DNA of 61,270 nt, counting the filler, from Dugesia japonica (taxonomy: Eukaryota), in assembly GCA_001938525.1 (NCBI GenBank). It is 6 parts of 6 records of this genome, joined end to end, with 100 filler letters (N's around TTAATTAATTAA, not from the genome) between each part and the next. Parts side by side here need not be neighbours in the genome. Positions count along the whole stretch, not along the records: positions 20,824 to 31,581 come from MQRL01616089.1; positions 31,682 to 41,409 come from MQRL01623878.1; 4 more parts are not named here. One strand, written 5' to 3'. Shown here in pieces: positions 27,096 to 40,091 of this stretch (position 1 is its first letter; every line of letters begins with the position of its first letter). Below the pieces are notes generated by a model. The model ran no database searches, was not told where the DNA came from, and saw only the letters and a program-made list of their open reading frames with translations. The translations under genes and the position numbers were made by a program.

Positions 27096-29078
27096 TGTTA
27101 AAAACAGATTTCAAGAATTTTTTAAAATATATAAAAACTTTCTTTAAATAATCAGCTTTTAAAAAATATATTTTGAAAATTTGAAATTTCATTTTATAAA
27201 TAAAATTTTATTGAGTTTAATGGAGTTTTCAGAAAGTTTGTCTATAACTAACATGGCGACCAACGCTTCAATGGACCTCATTCAAGAAGCCTTACACCTA
27301 GAAATTTATCTGCATGGTGACGACATTGAACAGTTTATCAATAGTTGCACCAAATATTTCGAATGTATTGGTGTAAAGAATAAAAACCTCTTAGTGTTTG
27401 GCTTAATTGATTGAGAATTAAAAGAAGCATATGAATGCCAAGATGAAATATTAAGGAAAGCGTTCCACAAAAAACTACTCTAAAACAAGACTTGGAGGAA
27501 GCTTTAAAATAAAAAGAGAACGGATGAAAACGTTTATGTGTACAAGAAAAAGATTTTAACACTGGTTGATAAAATATTTGCACACAAACGAGACAAAGAA
27601 GAGGTGACAAAAGAATTAATATTCAATATTTGCCGCAATAAAGGATGCAAATAAAGATTAAAAGAGGCAAGCTAGCCAACTTGGAATGGAAATTTAAAAC
27701 AATAAAAACAAATGTTAAACTAAAAAAGGGCCTGAAAGAAACCGATAATATAAATACAGTGGAGAGTTTGCAGCAATGCAGTAAAAGAGGCCTGGCAAAA
27801 GAACGTTTCTCAAGAGTTAATCGAACTCAAAGTGAAGCAAAAACTAAATTACATGTTGGTTATGCCAGAAGATAGGTCATATAAGCAGAAGTGGTCAGAA
27901 AAATAAAATAACGTGTTACGCATGCGGATCAGCGAATCATATAAGAAGGATTGTGACAAAATTAGATGTTCAAGATGTGAAAAAATGAACATCATGCAGA
28001 AAAATGTTATACTAATTTGGAGAAAAGTCATGCGTGGACTAACGAGAGAAGACAGCAGAATAACGAACAAAGAAACAAAGCAGCACTATACAGCCAAAAA
28101 GAGGAAAAAACAGAATATATGACGATAATAACATATTTCAAAAACAAAGTGGGAGGATATGGGCCAATAATAGATTCAGGAAAAGAGGTGGTAACAGATA
28201 TGTAAACGCAATAGTAGGGAGGATGAGGAGTATATAAAGAAAGGAGATAATATTTATTATTACGATGAAGAGACAAACAGATCTAGGGAAGAGACTCCAA
28301 ACAGACTAGCTCTATCCAAAGTCGAGATGATTGGATCAATAAACTGAAAAACAATCCAGATCGCGATATACATATGTATAGTAAAAGTAGAGGAAAGAGT
28401 AAACAAAAATGTAGTTGCGTTTTTAAGGAATGACTAAAAAGATATATATAATACATATATCAAGATAATGAAAGAAACGAGAAATGATGATAACAAAATA
28501 ATGGTATTAGATGATAATGAACAAGTGCAAATAAATTATGATATAATGCAAGATAGGCCCAGTGTGGAAGTTAGAATTGAAGGAAGATATATGAACTGTT
28601 TTTGAACACAGGTGCAAAAATAAACGTAATGAGCCTTAATATTTTCAGAAGTCTTACAAATGTGAATCTGATAGAAACTAATGACGTGTTAAAATGTGCA
28701 AATAATAGAATTAGAAATAATAGAAGCAAATGATTATGAGGATGAACAGCGGATCTGTAACATAGACGCAAGGTTTGGCCGTAAAATTGAGGATGCTGAA
28801 AGAGAACAGAAAGCTTTAAGAATTTTGATGACAAAACGAGATGAAAAATTTGAAAAGGTAATAGTACAACATCGAGGAGTATTCGTGGCAGATAACTGGG
28901 ATGTCGTTGGAAGTAGAAAATGTTAAAAACAGATTTCAAGAATTTTTTAAAATATTAAAAAACTTTGTTTAAATAATAATCTTTTAAAAAATGGTTTTTA
29001 AAGATTTAAAATTTCATTTTATAAATAAAATTTTATTGAGTTTAATGAAGTTTTCAGAAATTTTATCTGTAACTAACA
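27096..29078 (+). mobile_element. internally deleted Ty3/Gypsy element with two 158-bp LTRs (tRNA-Arg PBS)
   Basis: LTRs 27096-27253 and 28921-29078 (TGTTA...TAACA); PBS TGGCGACCA 27254-27262; gag ..HGDDIEQFINSCTKYFE; degenerate knuckles; protease LFLNTGAKINVMS at ~28600. Confidence 0.9.
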
Positions 29079-29139
29079 ATCATAATAATAATAGGAATAG
29101 TTATGTATTATATAACTCTATTTGTTTTATCAAACAGAT

Positions 29140-30400
29140 TTTAAGAATGATTAGTGATTAAGAATGATCTTCCTGGTGATCACGCCGAAAATATTAATGT
29201 TATAACTCGCTATTAGAAAAATGTTTTTATCGAAGCTTTGCTAAAGATAAGTAACTGAAGTCTTTGATTTGTTCTTGTCTAAAGAAGCTACAATTTTGTG
29301 GAAAGATTTCAAATCAGAACTAACAACAAAAGATGAAGTTCAAGAGTGGTTTTCAAAAACTTTTACGATAAAGAAATCCATCATAGATTTATTTATGTAA
29401 CTGTCAGAAGTAAAACAAAATCATGATGAGACATTTACTACATTCAAAGTTTTAGTCCGGAATCTTTCAACTAGTGTATTGGATTCTGGATTGTAAAAAG
29501 AGGGAATTGTGAGTAATTTTCTTTTAAAATGCGCAGTAAGTGCCAGACTTAAAAAGCCCTTAAGACCAAATTAAACACACCAATAGGAGATATTTATAGT
29601 TTGGTTAAACTTTAAAAACTAAGAGCAGAAGCTAATGAACGATGAATTTCGGGTAAACGCCATACACTAACGCAGTTTTCTAGATATGGTACAAAAAGGT
29701 AATACTAATAGAGAAGAGCATAGACAAAAACTATAAAGGAATTTTGGTTATGATATAATGAATTAGCAACCCATTGTTAAGCCCTCACCAATTATCACAC
29801 GACCACATAATGATTACCATATCACTGATAATTTTGTAAGAAAAAATAAACGGAAAGATGCAACCATACATCATTCTTATTCAAGAAGGAAAGATACTAT
29901 AATGTTTTCTATGCAAAACATTGTCGAATATACAGTAAATTTAGAGGTATTTCAACACCTACAGATGAATTTCTTCCATCTGGCCAATGTTTTTATTGTA
30001 GCGGAGAAGACCATCTGAAATACATTGTTCATTGAAGAATAAAGGCTTGATTTGGGGTAAACATGATCATCTTTACAGACAATGTCCACCTATTGAGACA
30101 ACAGAATGGTTAGTTTCAAAAATGATAAACGAGGCCATTGTGATTTCAAAGTTGGTGACAAAGTATTTCAGTCAGGAAAGAACCCCAAAACAGGAAGAAA
30201 AATGATTTTTAATATGATGGTTTATTTGCAATCACTAAATTTGTATTGCCCCATAAAATCGAATTAACTTAAAAGATAGCTTAAAAGATGGGTTTAGTTT
30301 TGTGAAAAGGGAGTTATGTATTACATCATTCTATTTGTATTATTAAATAGATTTTGGTTTTTAATGTTATTATTTAATGTTTCTTTCAAATATTAAGTAT
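29140..30400 (+). mobile_element. deleted Gypsy element (gag + integrase C-terminus), related to the 14.5-19.3 kb family
   Basis: RGISTPTDEFLPSGQCFYC resembles KGFPSPREEILRPGMCFCC (15720 ORF); FKVGDKVF and YDGLF integrase-end motifs; purine tract GAAAAGGGAG at ~30304-30310. Confidence 0.7.
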
Positions 30401-30411
30401 GGTCTTATTAT

Positions 30412-30477
<66 letters not shown>

Positions 30478-30527
30478 NNNNNNNNNNNNNNNNNNNNNNN
30501 NNNNNNNNNNNNNNNNNNNNNNNNNNN

Positions 30528-30580
<53 letters not shown>

Positions 30581-30601
30581 TATAGTAATAATAATAATAA
30601 T
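30412..30601. repeat. (TAA)n microsatellite spanning a gap
   Basis: Directly visible. Confidence 0.97.
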
Positions 30602-31789
30602 GGGAACATCTCTGTGAGACTGGCGAGATCTGTCTTGCCGGGGTGCTCTACTTTATTTCGGCTACATAGGTGTTCTAGTAACTGGTGCAAACGCACCAGT
30701 TCCCACGCATAGCGTATAACTTGGCACGGCCCAAACAAAACATAAAGTTAACAAAATGATAAATACATCGCAAATATTAATTGATAAACGAGTTCCTTTA
30801 TTAAAAATCGTACTAATATCACATTTATAAAGTGTTCCTCAATCTAGAATTAGGCAGGCAGAATACTATAACTTCTATAACTCAGTTTAAGTCTAAATGC
30901 CACATTTTAGTAAAATTGCCAATGAACTGGTTTAATCTGATACCATTATCCTACTTATTTTCATTCATTGCCTCAATGGTTGTTTTCACTGAATTGCACA
31001 AGCGAAAATTCTTCGTCATCTGTTTGCATTGTGACCTAACATTTTTATTGACATTGGGGCCTGAACAAATTTAACAAATTTTGAATAATTACAAAATTTT
31101 TTACAGTTTATGTAAAAGTTAATCAAAATGTTTATGTAAAAATTTATAGAATAATATATAAAATATTACTATAAAAGTATCTCACATGAATTGAAATTGT
31201 ACGTTAAATTATAAACAAAAAAATCTAATTAAAATTAATAGAAGGAATCACTTTTAGATATTATTCGTTTAGACCATGTACATACATTTTTTTAAAAAAT
31301 CTGATTTTAACAGAAATCATACAATCACTTTTGGCAGAGAAAAATAAATATCAAAGTGAAAATTAGCCATACTACATTCCAGCAAGAACAAAGTATTTTT
31401 AAATAGTAGAATCGTGTAATCTATTGACTCTGTTTTAATCTGAGTTCAGCGATATCAAATTTGTCATTATACGACTAGATTCAACCACTAAAATTTTAAA
31501 TCAAATATACTTAATTGTAAACACAGACGAGCGATTTTCATTTTTCGAAACATGTTTATGAGACATTTCTATCTTACTTTANNNNNNNNNNNNNNNNNNN
31601 NNNNNNNNNNNNNNNNNNNNNNNNNTTAATTAATTAANNNNNNNNNNNNNNNNNNNNNNNNNNNNNNNNNNNNNNNNNNNNATTTTTTCGAAATTACCAT
31701 CTTCAACTGAGGAATTATTATTTCCAAAGCCGAGTTTCTTTAATAGATTATCAGATACAGCTAAAGAGTAGCTTCAAACAACAAAAGAC

Positions 31790-33850
31790 TTTGCGTTGTT
31801 CAATCAGATGAAATTATCGTTTGCTTTTGATATGCTGATGCGCTACGATGCTAAGGAATTATGGTTTTGGAAAAAATAAGAGAAATTGAGAAATGATCCA
31901 ATCAAATTTTTGAACGTTGGTTTCAAGAATCATTCATAGTTCAAGAAACATTGGTTGATAAAGTTTCGACCTTGTCAAAAATATTGCAGAAATCAAATGA
32001 AAACTATGGAAATTTTGAAATGAGAGTTAGAAAGTTAGTAAATGAAATATTTTCAAGTAAAACGTCATTAGATGAAATAGCTATATTGTTTATAACTAAT
32101 GGCATACGGAGCAAATAGTTGAAGGAATGATTTGTCCTCCAACTAGAGCTAACAGATATTCAACGAAGATAATTGGCTACTAAATTGGATAACCTAATAC
32201 CAGCACACTCTGTAAGTGTGGTGAAAGAGAGTCATGCTGATTCAATAAAAAAGAATATATTTCAATCCAAATTTGGAAACAATCATCCGAAGAGAAGTGT
32301 TCAAAGAAACACAAATATCAAAGGCCGGCAAACTCGCTTTTAAGAAGATCTACATTTCGAACAAAGCAAGCAGATACAAAGGCAAGGTCAGTACAATAAT
32401 CTCCTGCAGTATTCTTTGAAACATTAAGTAAATAAAGTATTTTGTAAAGCTAAAGTAATTATACCGCAACGAAACGAAATCCTAAAGACAGAAGCTTGTT
32501 TTTGATGTAGAGAAAATAATCATAGAAAGATAAATAGTCCATTGAAAGGAAAATGCTTAATTTGTGAAAAGGAAGGTCATAGTTTTCGGGATTGTTTATT
32601 AATTCGAATAAAAGATTTTCCGGTGTCTTAAGTTTTGTGTATTGTATAAGAGGATGATATTTGATCCTGTACAAGGGAATCGATAGATTATATACATAAT
32701 ATCCCTACGGACGACGACGGTATAAAAATAATTGTCAACCCACTGCATCTATCTCATCAGTGAGATTACAATAACCGATCGTAAAACCAAAGATGTAAGA
32801 ATGATATTTAACAAAAAAAAGTATTTCAGAAGTAAGATGGAATAGGATTGAGTATAATGCAGTGAAATGGATATAAAGTTGAAATTTTATTGGATTCAGA
32901 AGCATCAATATCAGTAATGAGTGCAAAGTTTTGGAGAAGATTTAGATCACCGGCGTTATCACAGTCACAGATTGTGTTATCAGGAGTTTTTTCAGACCAA
33001 GGAGAAAGATATACTGGTAAAACTTAATGACATTTACATTGGGAAACAAAGAGAAAAAGAGGTAGTAATTGTCAAAGATATTCGTCCAGAATTTTTTGGG
33101 GGCATTGATATGATGAGGATATTTGGAATGAAGATAACCGAAGTTGATTTTATTGATTCAAAGGATGTTTTTGAGCCAGTTGTTGAAAATTCAAAAAGAG
33201 TGAGAAATGTTCTGAGTTTCAAAGGAATCTCAATCAGAAAATCAGAAGACTAATAGAAGAACACGTAGAGATATTTATCACATTGAATTTGATCTTGGAA
33301 TTACAACAATAATGCAACATCACACTGAAACAAAGAAAGGATCAATAATGTTAAATTCTAGAAGACAACCAATGCATTTGGAAAGCAAAATTGATGAGTT
33401 ATTGGGAAACATTATAAAAGTAAACATTATCCAGAGTTGTAGAAGTCTGTAGAATTCACCATTAGTAATTGTACTGAAAAAAAGACGTAACAATACAAAT
33501 GTGTCTGGATTTCCGGAAATTAAATTCAATTACAGAGAAATACTCCTTTCCTGTGTCTGATACTTAACTACTTTTAGCATACTATCAAATTGAGTTAAGT
33601 GAAGAATCGAAGTTGAAGACAAGTTCCAGTACGAAAATGGGGCAGTTTTGTTTTAATCGCATGTCATTTGAATTGTGCATGGCACCAGCAAGTTTAAAAG
33701 TTTGAGTCATCAATTAATCGACGGAATGTTGTATAAAGGATAAATAATATACGTTGATGATATTTTCATAGATGGACAAACTCAACAAGAGCATGGTGAA
33801 CGGGTTGATAATATTTTTTACTCAAATAAGCAGGTTTAAAGATCACGGTT
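31790..33850 (+). mobile_element. degenerate Gypsy gag-PR-RT (same family as 14.5-19.3 kb)
   Basis: gag similarity, knuckle CLIC..GH (~32550), protease ILLDSEASISVM (~32885), RT FSTKMGQFCFNRMSF and YVDDIF (~33750). Confidence 0.8.
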
Positions 33851-33859
33851 TTGATTATT

Positions 33860-36800
33860 TATTCCTTTTTGTAGTGTACTTGAAACTGGTATTTCTGTAA
33901 AAGTAAGTTCCATTTAGTAGTTTTGTTTCTCTTGATTTTATTTGTAGGCAGCCATGACAAAGGTTTGTGATTAGATTACAGGAAAAAATGGCAACTATAT
34001 TAGTAATAATGAAATTGCTCAATTGCGTAAACAATTGCGTATAGCTATTTTTCAATCGTTGACCATCTATGATGTGACTCAGTTAACTTCTTTGATTGAA
34101 AAGAAATAGGGTGTCCATTATCAACGAATTTTTGAGATAGAACAGCTTCAACTGTTTTGTCCAAGACATGTGTCTAAACATAAAATATTTTATCATGGTC
34201 TGTCATTCTAAATATAGATGCAGTCGTCAGCATCTCTTTTAATTTCTTGAATCTCTCTTCACATTCTGAATTTCACTTTACTTTGTCACACGTCTTCTTA
34301 TTTAAGAGATCTGTTAGTAGAGAAGCAATGAGATCTAAATTATTGATATGAACCCTGTAATAATTTAGCATTCCCATCAACTAGTGAACCTTTTTCTTTG
34401 ATTTAGGGCGGGGAAGATAATATATTATCTTTACTTTGTCTGTCATTGGGGCAACCTCTCCATTTACGATCATCTTACCTAGAAACTCGGTTTTAAACAT
34501 CATAAGATTACTCTTTATAGGACTAACTGTAAGACTGGTTGCCAATGATGCTTTTAGTACCTTATTTAAAGTTTCAATATGCTCTTGGTTTGTATATAAA
34601 TAGACTATAATATCATCTAACCAAGCAGCAGTAATAAAAATAATAAGCAGTAATAGGAATATTTTTAAGTAGACTATTCATCATTCTTTGATAAGTTTCT
34701 GAGGCATGTTTAAATCCAAATGACATTCTTTTTAACTGATAAAGACAAAAGGAGTAATAATGCACTTTAAGGTTAGTCCTGGAATTTTAGTGGCACCTGA
34801 TAATATCCCTTTGTTAGATCAATTGTACTAATATATTTTGAATTTCCTAACGAACCGATTATTTTCTCGATCTCTGGCATCAAATAGTAGTCAGAAAGTG
34901 CCTTTTCATTAATTTTCCAATAATCCAGTACTAATCTTAGTGTTCCATTTTTTTGAAACGAATAAGGTAGGACTGGCGTACGAACTTGGGGATTCTTTAA
35001 TTACATCATCTTAAATATTGGGTTGGCAAGAAAGTAACTGCCGATTTTACATAAAGACATTTTAATTCAATTTAACTGCATTAAAAATAAAGTAATCAGT
35101 GTTTAAATAATAATAATAGATGTCTATGGATTCAAATTTAAATCTGAATTCAAATTTAAATTTATTACTAAATTTAAATCAGTAAGCTAATTTCATAAAT
35201 TGCTTTATATATTCTTTTATTAGTATGGAAGATCGGAAAACGTATTTGCGACACATTTTGTTATTTACTATCAGAAAGGAAAAAATGCTTCACAGGCATT
35301 CAACAAAATATGTTAAGTATTTGGCGAGGATGTCTAAAAGAACGCCAATGTCGAAATTGGTTCAAAAAATTCCGCAGGGGTGATTTTTCACTCAAAGATG
35401 AGCAACGTGCTGGGCGTCCACTAGTTGTGAATGATGATGAAATAAAACATTTAATTAAGGAGGATTGACATAGTAAAACGCGTGACATTGCATGGAAGCT
35501 CAACGTATCCCATAGCACCATCGAAAGCCGTATCAAGCATATTGGATACGTTAAAANNNTCGATTTATGGGTTCCTTACCAACTTAAAGAAATTCACCTA
35601 AAACAACGTATTGACATGTGTGATTTGCTTAGGAAAGGCAAGTACAAATGTTCATTTTTGAAACAAATAGTAACGGGCGATGAAAAATGGATATCCTACA
35701 ACACTGTTCATAGGAAAAGATCATGGTGTAAGTTACGGGAAGCAGCGCAGATATCAGCCAAGGTTGATAAGCATCCAAAGAAAGTTATGCTCTGCGTATG
35801 GTGGGATTATCAGGGAATTATCTATTTTGAAAGTTTGTCAGGCAGCCAAAAGATAAATTCTGAAATCTACATTAATCAGTTGACAAAATTGAACACGACA
35901 ATCTAAGAAAAACGTCCAAAATTGGCGAACCGTCAAGGTGTAGTCTTTCACTATGATAATGCCAAACCACATACATCTTTGTTCACTAGGCAAAAATTAT
36001 TGAACCTTGGTTGGGACGTATTGCCACATCCTAATTTTCTGGAAATAACATAAAATTCTCAGAATCACTGTCTGATCCATATTTTCATGTGATTTTTTCT
36101 AATTTCCTTCTCATTTCATCAATTTCTGTCTCAGATGTTCCTTTGAATTCATTTTCAATTGGAAAAGTCGCATTTACTACTGGATTCTTTGCAATTTTAA
36201 CTGATTTCTTTAGTATTGGCTTTTGAAATCGTTCAACATTGTTTGGACATGATCGTGCTATATGACCATATTTTTGCATGAATAGCATTGCTACTGCCTT
36301 TTGAAATTTAGCGCATTCCTTTGCGGTGAAGGTGAAGTTGAAGGGCTACGGGACTTTGGAGCATAACAATCTCGTGCTGAGTGTCCCATTTTTCGACAAT
36401 TATCACATTTTATTATTCTTTTTCTATTTTCATGTTCTCCTTTATTACGTAATTTCGTGCGACATTGATTTGCAGTATGACCTCTATTCTGGCATCTAAA
36501 ACAAGTTATTGTTCGTTTTGGCGACACTTGTCGAAAATTATTACTTTTTTCAAATGATTTTGATCGTCTATTATTTCTCGGAGATGGTGGATTAAATGTT
36601 TTTTGGCTTTGTATTGGAGTTTTTATTAAAATTAGATGTTTCTGAGTAAGGTCTCTGAAATTTTGCCATTTCCGTGTAATCTACAGTTGATGTTTTTGTT
36701 GTAACAGTAACATTCATTTCAATTTTCATTGCTTTTTTAACAAGTTCATCAAAATTTTGATATCCCATTACACATAATGTGGTTCGAATATTTTGGTGGA

Positions 36801-37620
36801 CTCCGGTTAGAAATTGATCTTGCCGAATAATTTTAATGTGATCTCCCCAATTTTCTCGTAAACCGAATGCTTTTTCTGCCAATGTACTCAACTCGAAAGC
36901 AATTTCACTAACTGACACTTCTGCAGTTTGTATTCGATTGTAAACCTTTTTTCGCACAATTCGGCCAATATCACAACTAACTAGTTTTGCTCCTAAAGCA
37001 TCTTTAGAATTCTTCCAAGTATCCAATTGAGCTACTTCTAACTGACAATAAACATCTCTCGCTGCTCCTTTTAAATATAACGGTAATCGTGTAACCATAA
37101 CTTTATCCGTCCATCCATTGGCTTTACTATACATGTAGTAATCTCGCATAAAATCAATAAGTTCAACTGAATCACCTCCATATTGAGAAACGGGCAATTT
37201 CTGACAATTGGAAACATTATTCTCATTCATCTCTCCAAGATCATTTGGATTGTTTAACATATTAATCTCAACTTCTGTTTTGATTTGTCAATTTTTCAAA
37301 TTATATTGTCGTTCTCCGACAATTCGATTCCTTCTGTTTCTGGGCACTTGAATTCGTAGTTACAACTACTACAATAAATTTCTGGGAAGTGACAGTTTCC
37401 CTTTGCTCAAATTGTTGAAATAACTCCCTTTTCAACAAATTTCTAGAATAACTTTGGAAGTGAAAGCTTCCAAACCACAAAATTTTCTTCTCGAATTAAT
37501 TTAACACCTTCTTTTCGGGCTCATCAATTATGTCGGGGTAAACACGACGCTTGAGCTCTATTCAAGTTGAATATAATTAAATATCTGACTGAGTTCAAAA
37601 AGGTGCATCTCTGTTAATTA
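33860..37620 (-). mobile_element. Gypsy element (LTR end-gag-[mariner]-RT-RH), degenerate
   Basis: LTR end ..CCGACA at 37531; gag ORF 36592-37260 (FMRDY..ANGWTDK..LPLYLKGAAR); CCHC knuckles CFRCQNRGHTANQC and CDNCRKMGHSARDC (36291-36527); RT KESPSSYASP, LRLVLDY and WLDDII at 35010-34600. Confidence 0.88.
35018..36032 (+). mobile_element. mariner transposon (mellifera-subfamily-like), 3'-truncated, pseudogenised
   Basis: TA then TIR TTGGGTTGGCAAGAAAGTAACTGCCGATTTT; ATG at 35226; WVPYQL, IVTGDEKW, HPKKVMLCVWWD, DNAKPH and GWDVLPHP; ends just before YSPDL. Confidence 0.93.
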
Positions 37621-38421
37621 ATTCTTCAAATAAATAATAATTACGTAAATTGAATTTGATCCAACTGAGTAAATTTTATTANNNNNNNNNNNNNNNNNNN
37701 NNNNNNNNNNNNNNNNNNNNNNNNNNNNNNNNNNNNNNNNNNNNNNNNNNNNNNNNNNNNNNNNNNNNNNNNNNNNNNNNNNNNNNNNNNNNNNNNNNNN
37801 NNNNNNNNNNNNNNNNNNNNNNNNNNNNNNNNNNNNNNNNNNNNNNNNNNNNNNNNNNNNNNNNNNNNNNNNNNNNNNNNNNNNNNNNNNNNNNNNNAAA
37901 TTTCCAATCAAATGATTTGGTCACATCGAAATCCCATTGGTCGCACATCAACTTTTTAATTTTCGCTATCAGCAGAGGGTTTGGGATCGAATCCCTTAAC
38001 ATTTTAAAATAACTCAATTTCCTCTCAAAATTGTTAGTAACCTCTATATATCTCATGTATAAAATATTTTGTATTCAAATTAATTATTTTATCTAAATTT
38101 AATTATTTAAAGTTTTCATAATGTGTTTTTAACCACCTTCTCATCCACAAAAATAATTCCACATTATTTACGATGATTTGTGGTGTTGGGACGTCATTTT
38201 AAATTATATATTTATATTTATTTACAAACTGTATTTCTTTTTAGATACACCCTTTTATCATAAATCAATTGTTTGTTTCATTATTCATACTGATTTTGNN
38301 NNNNNNNNNNNNNNNNNNNNNNNNNNNNNNNNNNNNNNNNNNNNNNNNTTGATATGTTTTAATTTATTTTGAGCTTTTGGAATTTCAATTTTTATATTTT
38401 TATTTTCCCAACTATTACAAT

Positions 38422-38741
38422 ATAGACACAATAAAAATAGAGGATTATATTGCTGACAAATATTTTGTAGAAAAAGGTAGTATTTTATTTAAATTATAAT
38501 AATTAATTTTTATTGTTTAGATATGATTCTTGAGATATTGGAAGAAGAATTCATAAATCTTAAGAATGAATCAATATACTGGGCACCCGAAGTATACTGG
38601 TACAAAATCATGAAGTATACATGGATCGATATAAATACTATAATGAAATTATACTTGGATGAACCATTTAGTTGTACATCATTATGTGACTGTTGCTCCC
38701 AATTAAAGTTAAGAAGAATTATCAATAGTTTCCTTAAATAA
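38422..38741 (+). CDS. orphan small gene 1 of array (putative 2 exons), unknown product
   Basis: ORF 38523-38741 preceded by acceptor TTGTTTAG (38520); in-frame upstream mini-exon ..IEDYIADKYFVEK via a 43-nt GT-AG intron (38478-38520); no intact ATG in the mini-exon. Confidence 0.4.
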
Positions 38742-39113
38742 ATATTAGTCATTACTTTATTGTTATTATGTATTATTAAATAGCTACGTTAATCTAGTAT
38801 CGAATATAATGTATACTATACCTCCGGAAAGTCACTTGATTCAATGGTTTTTATATGATTTATACTAATTTTTTTTTAAAGTTTTAATGTTAATCTCTTA
38901 ATTTTTCTATTTTGCCCTATTTTTTCTAACTTGGCCGATTTCCACATAGTTTCCTCAAATTCCACTTATTTTGTCCGATTTGCCTATATTTTTCTCTGTT
39001 TTATACCTCATTTACCCTATTTCTTCATATTTTGTTCGCATTTATGGAATAAATATTAATCACTGCCTTATAAAACTTTCCAATTTTTCTATGTAATTCC
39101 CCTATTGTAGATC

Positions 39114-39296
39114 ATGCCGGAAGAATTAAGAAACACATTGCGTTTCATTTTAAGGCTACACCAAATAGCACGGAGGAAACAACTTATCGGACATCGGTTG
39201 TTTCCTAATCTAATAGAACATCCCGATGAAACCGACTTGACTTGTTTCGTGAAGATGTTCCCCTTATCATTTCCAGTGGACCTTGATGAAGGGTAA
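39114..39296 (+). CDS. orphan small gene 2 of array, 60 aa, unknown product
   Basis: GC-richer ATG ORF after TTGTAG (39110); AATAAA at 39338. Confidence 0.4.
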   Translation: MPEELRNTLRFILRLHQIARRKQLIGHRLFPNLIEHPDETDLTCFVKMFPLSFPVDLDEG

Positions 39297-39451
39297 TAAC
39301 TCCTTGCAAAATGAAAGAACTGACATGTTTTGATCTAAATAAAATTAGTTTAACCATCTTATTTTGTTTATTTCTTCTTGGTTTGTCAGTTTATTATCGA
39401 TGATTTTCATCAGAATTACATATTTCTTTGTTAACGTTGATCATCATTGTA

Positions 39452-39880
39452 GAAACTAATAATAATAGGATTGAACACAAGTGGGAAGTATTATGGGACA
39501 GACGCACAGGACGTACCGTATTTAAGAAATACACTAACCCTCATGACCGTAATTCGGGCATCTTGGCTGACTACTCAAACATGTCTAATAAAGAGGCAGA
39601 TAAAAAAAGAAAATGGGCTGGGGCCTAGCGCCAAGCTTTTTATCAGTGGAGCGGCCCCGATCGCACCCAAGAAGTACTAAATCGTGTTACCATCATAGAT
39701 CCGGTAACTAATCAACTTACTAGTAAGTGGCAGGACGGTCCTGCATTGGTACATGTGTCGGTCGCCCATCTATCACGGAATACTAGGTTCACCATAGACA
39801 TAGGTAACACCTTATGGGATCTAAGCAACCTCGCTAGTGGAGGTGAATCGGAAAATAATGCACCAAACCCTGATGCGTAA
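39452..39880 (+). pseudogene. orphan small gene 3 of array (~143 codons, one internal TAG)
   Basis: One frame from the acceptor at 39452 to TAA 39880, interrupted only by TAG 39626-39628; AATAAA at 39950. Confidence 0.5.
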
Positions 39881-40091
39881 AGACGATGAATTATATTTTT
39901 TTTATTATTTAGTGGTTGTTCATTGACTAAAATATATAATACATGTGTTAATAAATTTAAACTTCCTTTTATTTTATCTGTTAAAGTCGACTTAATTTGA
40001 TTCTGTAATTTGATTAGTCGGTCTTTTTAGCTGGTTCACCTTAGTTGAAATATTTAAATTAACTACCAATTTCTACACTATATATTTTACA

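Noticed and set aside
30377-30712. Poly-Ile/Asn ORF (and poly-Tyr/Ile ORFs at 41458-41901)
   Set aside because: Translations of (TAA)n microsatellites and gaps.
30800-31075. hAT-like GPNVN motif on the minus strand
   Set aside because: A single 5-aa match; insufficient.
37618-38056. X-rich ORFs (also 20776-21129 and 54779-55221)
   Set aside because: Their length comes from N runs.
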